This document shows positions 35,005-46,800 of a stretch of 60,058 nt of DNA, piece by piece. The translations under genes and the position numbers were made by a program. The notes under the pieces were generated by a model. It saw nothing but the letters and a program-made list of their open reading frames with translations. It was not told the DNA's origin and did not search any database. Position 1 is the first letter of the stretch. Each line of letters starts with the position of its first letter. The stretch is from Priapulus caudatus (taxonomy: Eukaryota), in the NCBI RefSeq assembly GCF_000485595.1, contig NW_014577091.1, forward strand, positions 114,835-174,892, written 5' to 3'.

Positions 35005-38000
35005 ATGGCGGTAAATCGTCAAGTCTTACTTCAAAAACTTGTAACTTTATGTGTTATTTGCTATGTAGCTGCATCAAAATTAAATGTACCGCGAGTGTTA
35101 CTTCCTTATTGTATATCTGTATCAACAAATTTTACTTTAGAGGTTACAGATGGTTGCTATACGTGGTAAGTTAGTCTTGCATTGTGCTTGAATTTCCCAG
35201 AAAAACCGGCGTCATTTTCATAGACACGTGCGGCCCATTCCTATTTGACAACCCCAGGTTTAAAAACCCTAACCCTAACCCTAACCCTAACCCTAACCAA
35301 ACTCAGGACATGGGTGTGTAAACGCTACTTGTACCGACACGTGCTTTATCAATACATTGAACATTTCTTCATTGAAACTGTTTTGTCAAAGTACATATGA
35401 CGTACTCTTCATCAAAAAATTAGGCCACTCAGCGTAGGGGCATCGTAGGGACATGCGGTTTGTTTTATATTAACAAGGTAGGACAGCTGATCAATAATAC
35501 TGCAAAGAATCGTCAAAATAAATCGAGGAAAGTTTATTAATTCGACTAATACTGCACCATGGTCTCCTTCTTAATACGCTCTTGGTAGCAGTCATCTATA
35601 TTTGCACTTTAAAGGCATACTAGGCCCATTGATTATGCAATGTTGATGAATGCTAGAGTAACTGGCACTTGTGTAGTTAATAAGTGCATAACCTTATAGC
35701 CAAACGCGTATTAGTTTGTCCAATATCACTGCTGGTTACATTAAATTTACAAGCAAGACTTGAAATCGGTTGTTGATATTCATTTATGTGCCGTAAATGT
35801 CATCCAGGAGTCAAGCGATGACGTAAACATTTGTGCGGCCCGTATGTTTTCGACGCCAGATGAAATGGAGGTGTCAGCGGTGTAGCCACGGCCACGGACT
35901 AAACATGGAAATGGAGTAAAATACACGTACTAATCACGGATGCACGTGGACAGCCCTGACAAAAAGTTTCTTATCACGAGCGTCCGTGTTTACAAAATCA
36001 CTGATGATAGCATGCGTGCGAAAATGTCCGGTGCACTATAAATCTGTATCACACCCGCTTCGCCGGCAGCAGTCTGAAACTGTAAACAATTAATTTCTTG
36101 GACTGCGGATTTCAATTAGACATTTCTTAGCAACCAGCAGTGATATTGGACAAACTAATACGCGTTTGGATGTAAGGTTATGTACTTATTAACTACACAA
36201 TGTGCCAGTTACTCTATCATTCGTCAACATTGCATAATCAATGGGCCTAGTATGCCTTTAAAGCAAGAAGAGAATACCATTTCATAGTATTCCTACAGTA
36301 TAAAATATTCTAAAAGATCTAGGGAAAATGATATGTAAATTTGATATATAAGATAGCAGCAGGATTCATCAAGTATCTCACAAAAATGTTTCAAAACCAT
36401 ACCTGTATTTAAGTAAAAGTGGGTCTCTCATCAGCTCTCTGATTAGCATTCCATCAGTAAGGAACTGCAACCAATGTAAAAAGGATATGAGAAAAGATTA
36501 ATTCACAAATTTATTATAGAATAGAACCACTGAATGTCCAGCTCTACATTACACAGATAACATAAGCAGCAGTTGAGTTGGAGCTTTTGTAAGCACAATT
36601 TCCAAATAAAGGAGAAGCTGTATACATTTCAGGCCATTGAATATCATACTTAATTTTATACCTTCAAACAACCAACTTTATCATGAATAGAGCTAAATAA
36701 TGTTGCTGGCATGATATCACGACACTAAGAAAATGTTACCTTGATCTTGGTCAGTGTGGGATCTGTAGCATTGTTAAACCTGACACAGTAGCCCACATCA
36801 CAGCCTAGTACAGACCCTTTCTCTTCAGCTACTCTGGTTGCAACCTAACATAATAAAATAATTAATCAGCTTGAGATGGGCAGTTACATGACAAAAAAAC
36901 AAAACAATTCTATGCTAATTGTTTTGATAGATTCTAGAAGACTACAAAACAAGCTGGAATATGGGGGTTAATATGTATTGTGAAAAAAATGAGGACTGTT
37001 TCCCAATTTGTAATGACTATCATATGCCTATATCTTATTTTTAATAACATCTTTTCAATTAATTTACGATGTATCACGCTTATCATAAAAATAAAGGCAA
37101 ACTCACTGTTATTGCTGCTACCCTCCGAGGCAGGGTTACTCCAATGACACCATCGGCACCCCAGCCTGCCTCCATTAGATACTGTATGAGGTGTAAATAT
37201 CATATACATGAACAAATAACAGTATGCGGTAATCACAATATTTACATATCGTTTGAAGAGCAATTAACTTTCGTTTTATCAGATTTTTTGATATTTTCTT
37301 TTATTGAAATTATTTATTATTATATATACATGTATATTATATATTATACATATATTATATAAAATGTACATTAATTGAGATGTATAGTAGTGATGTCCTG
37401 ATGATCGATTATAATCGAAAGTCAGTTGTTTGCAGCAACCGACAAAGCGCTTGATTATGAAAATAAATAATTGATTATTAATTTTTTTTTTTAAATGTCC
37501 AAACAATGATGAAATGACTCTTCATTTCATTTTGGTGTGTTTTTTGTTTACTTTACAGCTTAAATCTAACCTACACCAAACATAAGCAAGTATAATACTG
37601 TTACATAGCTTTTAGAATATTGTATTACAGGGCATGAAATTTGCCAAAATGTGAACAGGCCCACCCTAAATTTTAAACAGGCGCTTACAAGTTTGAAAAG
37701 ACCCTTAATTTTGTTCAATTTATTCCATTACCTAAGTATTAGGTTTGTGTTTATTAGGCATACTCATAATATTTCAGTATTTCATTGCTACAGGGTGCAA
37801 AATTAACGGGAGTCCGAAGTCAAATACTTCCTGATTTACTGTCGGACTCCCTGATTTGACATATGCAGGAGTCCGTGTAACTCCCTGAAAATTCTGCCAC
37901 ACTAACTAGTTCGTTCCGGAGCACAGCCTCACGGAATTACACGTATATATATAAATATTAAAACATTGAAAATCAGGAAACATCAATCTAAAACAACTTA

Positions 38001-41000
38001 ATAATTATCATTGCGAAGATATGTACTTGCCTTGTGTTTAGGCTTACGCACTGGGGAAATCGGGTCCATTGCCGATTTTAGTCACACAGAACATGGCGGC
38101 TGTCTGGCATCCAATTCATCTCGGAAAATATGGCATAACTCGATAAATAAGTAGCGCCCAGTTACCGCGAGCAAGCCAGAGGTTTATAGATTCGTTTGAG
38201 CTATTACATGTGACGCTAGCTGTGGCGATGTTTGGATACCGAGCCACCTATAAGTTTTTATGGGCAAGAATTTGAAACGGTCTTCTAACCCTAGCAAAGA
38301 CCGTTTCTTGGAGCTAAAAGAGGTCCTGCCCTGACACAGGCACTTGGAACGTCCCAATAAAAAAAAGGTAAATAAACACGAAATGCATTTACTACCAAAG
38401 TCTTAATGTTTCTCTACTCTGTTTCGCATATTATTGCTGATAATCACCTGTAAATGCCGGTCAAATGCTCATCTGCAACACACAAGTACACCGCACGCAT
38501 GCCCTGTGCACAAACGACATGAATAAGAGAGCAGGTAGGAAAGCGTGATTGCAAAATTTGCTCGACGCTTGCTTCATTTCACACCTTCACAGCACGAATA
38601 CACATCCAATGTCAGCTTCCATCTTGGTATCTATGTGTAACTAAATGTTCACTTGTTCGAATTATAACTCTGTCCTTTATTCTTACCTACTCCCGTCAGA
38701 GATATCTCGTGAAATCCTGCAGGAAATGTTCTCTCCGTGAAAATGACAAGAGGGCGTGATGTCTGTTTACACACGAGTAATGGAGCGCATTGCATGCCGG
38801 GATGAGCTGCTGCCTGCCTCCGAGCTCCGTTTCGAGGCCCGCCAAGCCAAGCATAACGCATGACGTCACACACACGACTACAGTGATTGGTCAAAAGATC
38901 GAGTAGCGCCGTTAGAGATTTTCGGATGATACGTCCTCTACATTTTCACGGAGAGAACATTTCCTGCAGGATTTCACGAGATATCTCTGGCGAGAGTAGG
39001 TAAGAACAAAGGACAGAGTTATAATTCGAACAAGTGAACATTTAGCTACACATCAGGGGTCGAAATTAGCGGTATCCCGATATCCGCGGGATACCAGATT
39101 CTTGTGCGGGATACCAGATTTCAATGCTTGGTATCCCGCCGGGATAGTAAAAAAAAAATCGTCATAATCGGGATAGTGGTTGTTGAGTTATCAACTTTAT
39201 ACGGCAGCNNNNNNNNNNAGACTGAGTGAGTGAACCCAACAGTCAACTTGTGACGAGTTTTAAAAATAAGCACTCGTATTACAAATAAAGTTGAGAAAGT
39301 CAGAAACCATAGAAAATGGAACATTTGAAAGTACCTCCCTGAAAATTCTTGGACTTGGTTTATGTGTGGGGACGTCAGTCCAGTTGCTCTGTATCGCTCG
39401 GATGTGTTGGTATGAATTGAGACTGAGAGCGATATAATAATATATAGTGTTCTCGGAGTATAAACCATTTTTCATTGCGCAAATACTGGGCCACAAACAA
39501 TTCAGAGAAGTCAAAGTAGATGTCCCTAGTATAGATGACACGTTGTCTGTCTGTCTAAACTCATGTTACTTTTGTGTAATGCGAATATATTGTATTGGTT
39601 ATACGTGTCAGGCTAATGCTTTAGGACTCCTGTGAGTCGTACAGCTGGCATAGGATGAAAGCAGTCTGCCCGCTTGCACGTGCTGTCGCTTTGTTTACAT
39701 ACAAGACTCTGCCTCTGTTGGTTAGCTTATCATGTAGTGACTCGCTCCGCATTTGCACATACATTCCCATCGCAACACGCAACGAAAGTTTCTTTAAGCA
39801 ATAGCTGAAGAATCCTGAAAGATTTGTAATACATGCAACACCTCAGTAACGGGGTCAACTCCCTGCAGCAACCTGACTCAGCACACTATTGTTTGACAGT
39901 TGCTTCATTCACACCTGCATGAAATACACCATGCATATACTGACTGAGTGGTAGCGCATTTGGTAGAAGTGATGTTCACTTCCTTTAAATTAATAGCATT
40001 GAAGTATTGCCAATAACGAATTTTATTCCAATAAGCCATATTTGTTAAAATAGGTAGGACTTATTGCAAAATACAGTAATGGTGTAGAGAGTCATCGTGT
40101 ACATTGTTGAATAATATGGGTTAGATTGATAATAAAAAAATTCCATTAATATTTATATATTTGCATGTTTTGCCTGTGCGCTGCTTCACAAATCGTGGAT
40201 TTTCATGCTATCAAGGGACGACTGGTTTTTTATGTTAATGTTTCTGCACAGCATATGTCTGGATTAGCTTAAAACATTTTTGCCTTTGTTGGATGCAGGC
40301 AATCATCAAGGCCAGATGTCGCGACTGTTACACCTATCGATCCTGAGCCAGGAACATCTTGTGCTACGAAAGCTATTGTGTCTTCAGTCTGGAAGCAACC
40401 AGTTCGAATGACCTCAATCATACTGGGTCAAGAAACAGGTATTACAGCATTAACCCATGTTACTCTAACACAGCAAATGTTTAAGCCCCTCATTTAATTT
40501 GCTCTTTTTAGTTTACTACCATAAATTTTGCACATGTTTTTAGGGACTGCATACATGTAACCTACAACTGTCAATCAATATCCTTAATAATAGTCATCCC
40601 ATATCATGCCCAATATGTAAAAATGGCAAAGTTAATGCCAAGTGAAAGCAATGAAGACGTGCATTCAGATCATTGCAAATTTTTTTTACATAAGTAGCAG
40701 ATAACCCGTACTATAAGTTCGCCGAATAGCGGAGAAAGGTTCGTGTTAAAATAAACGCTCCCCAGGTCTTTCGGAACTTAGCACATTTCCCGTCCTAGAT
40801 GGCTTATCTTAGCGAAAGTGTTGATACTCCACCAGAGGGCTCGGAATTCAACAGCCAAACGCACTGACGGCCAATTGCCGTCGGTGCCCGTTTTGTTTTT
40901 ATCAAATGCGCCGTAACTGCCCCTGAAAATCCAACGCCGACCGACGGCAGTCACCTGCCTTGCCCTTTTTGTGTAATTGCCCGTCGTGCCGTTTAATCTA

Positions 41001-43840
41001 AGCTGGCCCTAGTTTCGTGTTTTAGCTCGAGTCATACAATAACGTGCGTGCGCGTGTGCTGTAGTTGCAATGACGAGCTTGAAACCCGATAGCATACGGC
41101 ACAGGAGGGCTAGAGACCAGTAACAGAGCATCGAGAATGTAGATCTCGTTCCACCTCGATATGCGGCAATGTAAAGAGTTATCTTGTGCACACTTGTACC
41201 TCCTTCCATTAGCATGAGGGGGGGTACAGGGTCGGTGTTACGGCGTGTAAGCTCTACATCGGAGCATATTTGATAAGATAACAGTTAAGATAGCAAATAG
41301 AGCGTATCGTTGGATCGTGTATGCTAATTTTAGTATACTGCAGTTCTTTCGCTTTATTTCTACAAAAGTCGGCCTTTGCGTGGCCCTTCTCAAATTTTAG
41401 AGTTGCTTGGTGGCTCTTTTAAAATTGACCTCTGTGGCCCCTTCCATTTTAGAGAATAATTGCGAGAGGAGTTCTCGTAGTGGTTATCTCACACTGCCCT
41501 AACTTAATATAAATGTATTCCTCATTGGGCCGGTTGTCTCCCGCGCAGCTTAATTCGAGCCCCTGGCTTGTACCAGATCCTAATTCTTTTAATGTTTTCG
41601 CCAATGTTCTCGGGACAAAACCCTGGCATCCACTTGGAACTTGAAAAGTTATCCTGCGCTGGACCCGCTAAACATTTATCTTAAAGGACAATATCGTCAT
41701 CAGCTTGTTGTCCTGTATCGAATCAAAAATTATTTGGACTCGCAATAGAAATAGAATAGCAGTCACATCATTGAGAAGGCGAACATGAGACATGATTGAC
41801 TGCACTCAAGTTCTAGTTCTGGGCTTACTTGTGTAGGATCGGTTGTTTTCAGAAAGATTAGTTTTAGCGATTGTTGAAATAGTAAATCGTAGAGTTAATG
41901 GTATATTAATATAATTTATCAAGCTGATGTCAATACATTTTTAAGCAGTGTTGCGAAAAAATTAAATCGTACGCGGAGTCGTCGGAGTCAAATACTCCCT
42001 GTGATTTACCTTGTCGAGACTCCCTGAGTTTGACTATTAATGTGCAGCAGATCCGTCGTGGCTCCCTGAAAAATTTTGCCATACTAACTATAGGTTTGTC
42101 GCGAAGGCACGTCCTGCAGCGAATTACTGTATTTTTTTCAGGCTAATGCTCAAAGAAAATTTGGCCGAGGAGCGTGCAAACTGCATAATGCTTAAAAAAC
42201 ATAGTCTGCACAATTGCGTTCTATTGGTGTTAATAATCTTTAATTTTGAACCTCAGACTGCACGACTCCCTAATTTGCGCATCTCTTTTTTGAGGGCGAT
42301 AAGGGAGTCTGTTGAACTCCATTGGTTCAAGAAGGAATTAAAGATTCACATGACCACGTCATGAGTAAGGAAAGTACAGTTATCACTCAAAGACTAATAT
42401 ACTAAACTGCTGTAAGATGGTTTCTTGTAACAGAAATAATTAGGAAAATGTCAAGAATATAACCTCTGAAAGAGAGTTTTGTGGTTGCTGGTCAAAACTC
42501 CGAGATGTGGGGTGCACCCCCTAGTTATGACTCATGTATTGTGGCACTACCTTTTCCAGCCCAGTGTAGTTTTTGTCTAGTTGTGGAAGAACCTGCATAA
42601 AATAAATCATAAAAACTCATAGCTTTCTTAACTCATCTTAAATGAAAGTAGTTTGCGTTGCTTTTGGTAAAAGCAATTAGTTTACTGGGAGGGATGTGTA
42701 TGATTTTTATCAACTATCTTATCAATACATGTTAGCAGACTACATTTCTAATTAAGGTAAATCTATAATTACATTTATCTTGGGCAATACTTGTGAAAGA
42801 TAGCTTGATGGAGGAAATGCCAATATATGGTAAGATAGCCGACAAATCAAGAGTTATAACAATTGTACAGGTATTTGTTTATTCGAGCTCTCGTAGTCGT
42901 GTGTTTGTGTGTTCGTAGTGTTTCGCTGCGAGTAGCTCGATATTAGCGGGCGTCAGGCAAGCGAGGCCGAGCACAGCCAGCGCAGGCGGAGCCAGCAGCG
43001 CAGCGAGCCAGCCAGCGCCAGCGGAGCCAGCGAGCGGTGCATGGAGCGTGCAGGCACAACGAGCCGTGCTAACGAGCGAGCAACCATCCAGCTCTAGCGA
43101 TGTGTTTGGTGAGGAGTGGAGCCAGCTCCGCAGCAAGCAGTCAGCAGGCAGCAGGCAGCGAGTGGACGAGCCAGCTGCGTAACACATACACGTTACATGG
43201 GAAGCCGTGGTACATCGTCAGTACGCACTGGTCGTGATATGCGTCGTTATCATGTGTTCGTGATCGTATGGCATATTATGGCGTATTCGACTGCTGGTAG
43301 TTATTGCTAGCTCTCCTGTTGAGTTGCAGCTCTGTCTATGGTTAGATTTTTGTGTGACTAGCGGCTTTATTTTCTCTGTCGAGTGGTCAGGTACTAAGCG
43401 TGCGCACGTCCATCCGTTGACAAGATACATCGTCTAGAGATTGTTAACGACCACCCCGAGCCTCTTCTTGAAGATGACTCCAGAGCTTTTTGAGCTTAAG
43501 AGCATTGCAATGATCAAGTAATGGTTTTAACAGAAATTGTGTTGAAGTGTGACTTCACTATCGTCAGGGCCCCATAATGAGTAGTATAATGTGCTGCAAC
43601 TATAGCTTTCATATGTCAGTTATGAGTTGTGTGGAACAGAAGTACAATCAATTCTTCTGTCTAGTGCATTCAAGAAGTACTGATTGAATAGGGTAATACT
43701 GGAGGTTGATTATGATATATTGCAGATAAAGCGAATATTATGAAGTAAGTTAATCTGTTATTCAGTGTTCAGTTGTTCCCTATTTTATGTACAAATACTT
43801 TTGCAGAATGATACTTTCTCAAAGCCTGGAGGTTAGGGGG

Positions 43841-43878
<38 letters not shown>

Positions 43879-46800
43879 CGTGAGGGGAGGGGGGGGCGGG
43901 GGCGAGGGGTGGTTTGTGTGGTGCGGTGGGGCGGGGGGGGGGGGGGCGGTGGGCGGGGGTGGTGGGAGAGGGGGGAGGGGGGGGGGAGGTGGGGGGGGGG
44001 GGGGGGTAGGGGGGGGGGGGCGGGGGGGGGCTTTTCAGTGGAAACTGACTTTCAAAACACGGGATTCAGGCCAGGATAATTATGTGATGCAAACAAGTGT
44101 ACTCAGGTACGGTTGAAAAGCATCAACAAGTTGTATAATAGAAGGTTACTTACATTCATTTCTTTAATAGAAATCTAGAATTGCGAAAGAGTTGTCATTG
44201 CTTTCATTACGTATAGGGAGGGTGGTAAAAATGCCTTAGAAGAAAATAAGCATGTTTGTAGGTGTATAAGTATCATGTAGCAAAATGTGTTCGCAGTCCA
44301 ANNNNNNNNNNCTGTGCCCTTCCATTTTAGAGAAAATTCAAAGCGATTTCTCACATGCCCTAAAAAAATTGCATTGCCGTTCTCGGCGCTTAATTCGAGC
44401 CCTGGTTGTACCAGATCCTAATTTTAATGTTCCAGTCGAAACCTGCACCAGCTGGTACTTGAAAATTATCCAGCTGGAACCCTAACTTTATCTTAAAACA
44501 AACGTCATAGCTTTGGTCCCGTATCGTGCAAAATTAATTGACTCCAATGAAATAGAATTAGCAGGCACATCACTGAGGCGAACATGAGACATGCATTGCT
44601 CACTCAAGTTCTAGTTCTGGTTATTGGTGTAGGAGTCAGTTGTTTTCAGAAAGATTAGTTTTAGGATTTGTTGAAATAGAAATTGTAGATTAATGGTATG
44701 ATTATATATTTATATATTCAATCAGTAAGCAGGGTGCGAAATTAACGGGAGTCCGGAGTCAAATACTCCCTGATTTACTGTAGGACTCCCTGATTTGACA
44801 TATGCAGGAGTCCGTGTGACTCCCTGAAAATTCTGCCATACTAACTATAGTTTGTTCCGAAGCACGTCCTAACGGAATTACTGTATTTTTTCAGCTAATG
44901 TCCAAAGAAAATTTGGCAGACGTGCAACTGCATGAATCTTAAAAATAAGCACATGCGTTATTGTTAATATCTTTAATTTTGAACCTCAGACTGCAGACTC
45001 CCTAATTTTGCGCCTCCCTCTTTTTGAGGGTAGGAAGTCTGTTGGACTCCCTTGTTCAAAAGTTAATTTCTACCCCTGAGTAAGGAAGTACATTACTAAA
45101 ATAATAACTAACTGCTGGTAAGATGTTTCTTGTAACAGAAATAAAATTAGGAAAATGTCAAAATATAACTCTGAAAAATTGAGGTTGTGGTCAAATCCGA
45201 GATGTGGTGCACCCCTAGTTATGACTCAGATTGTGATTACTTTTGTAATTTTTCCCTATTTTAGTTTTTGTCTGTGAAGAAACCTGCATTAAAATTAAAT
45301 CATAAAACTCATAGCTTTCTACTACATCTTAAATGGAATAGTTATGTTGTTTTTGTAAACTAAAAGCATAGTTTACTGGGAGGATGTGTATAATTTTATC
45401 AAACTATCTATCATACAAGTTACCACTACTTAATTAGGTAACAAATTACTATTTATCTTGAATATTTGAAGATAGCTTGAGGGAGGAAATGATAATGTAA
45501 GGATTGCCTCAATAAAAATTTATTGCCAGTGATTAACTAACCCATTGTTAATTTTGTGNNNNNNNNNNNNNNNNNNNNNNNNNNNNNNNNNNNNNNNNNN
45601 NNNNNNNNNNNNNNNNNNNNNNNNNNNNNNNNNNNNNNNNNNNNNNNNNNNNNNNNNNNNNNNNNNNNNNNNNNNNNNNNNNNNNNNNNNNNNNNNNNNN
45701 NNNNNNNNNNNNNNNNNNNNNNNNNNNNNNNNNNNNNNNNNNNNNNNNNNNNNNNNNNNNNNNNNNNNNNNNNNNNNNNNNNNNNNNNNNNNNNNNNNNN
45801 NNNNNNNNNNNNNNNNNNNNNNNNNNNNNNNNNNNNNNNNNNNNNNNNNNNNNNNNNNNNNNNNNNNNNNNNNNNNNNNNNNNNNNNNNNNNNNNNNNNN
45901 NNNNNNNNNNNNNNNNNNNNNNNNNNNNNNNNNNNNNNNNNNNNNNNNNNNNNNNNNNNNNNNNNNNNNNNNNNNNNNNNNNNNNNNNNNNNNNNNNNNN
46001 NNNNNNNNNNNNNNNNNNNNNNNNNNNNNNNNNNNNNNCTGGTCAGGTACTAAGGTGCGACGTCATCGTTGACAAGATACATCGTCTAGAGATTGTTACG
46101 ACCACCCGCGAGCTCTTCTTGGAAGATGCTCCAGAGCTTTTTGAGCTTAGAGCATTCAATGATCAAGGTATAGCTTTTAACAGAATTGTGTTGAAGTGTG
46201 ACTTCACTATCGTCAGACCACAATTAGTGTAAATGCGCTGCAACTATAGCTTTCATTGTAGTTGAGTTGTAGAACAGAGTACAACATTCTTCTGTCTAGT
46301 CATTCAAAGTCCTGATTGAATAGGGTAATACTGGAGGTAGATAGATATATGCAGATGAAAGGCAATATATGATGTGTTATCTGTTATTAGTGTTCAAGTT
46401 GTTCACGTATTTATGTACAATCTTTTTCAGATGATACTTTCTCAAGCCTGGAGGGTTTGGCTTTTCAGTGGAACTTGATTTCAAACACGGATTCAGGCCA
46501 AGATAATTATGTGGATGCAAACAGTGTACTCAGGTGTGTTGAAAGCATCAGCATAAAGAAGTTACTTACATTCATTTCTTTTAATAGAATGTAGAATTGC
46601 CGAAAGAGTTGTCATGCTTTCATTACGTATATGTTAAAAAAGCCTTAGAACAAAATAATGTTTGTAGGTGTATACACCATGTAAGCAAAATGTGTTCATT
46701 CCTAATACTCTTAACAATAAAATAACTTATCTACTTAATTTTGCTTTACAAAAAGTTATTCTTATACCATAGGGTCCTTACCTTTGAAGAATCACCCTAT

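Noticed and set aside
43787..44116. Glycine-rich ORF / poly-G insertion in a NUP210 exon copy
   Set aside because: Lies in the indel-rich duplicate; the clean exon 46431-46533 has no insert; typical sequencing artefact.
45545..46072. Longest ORFs in the track (165-175 aa)
   Set aside because: Consist almost wholly of Ns.
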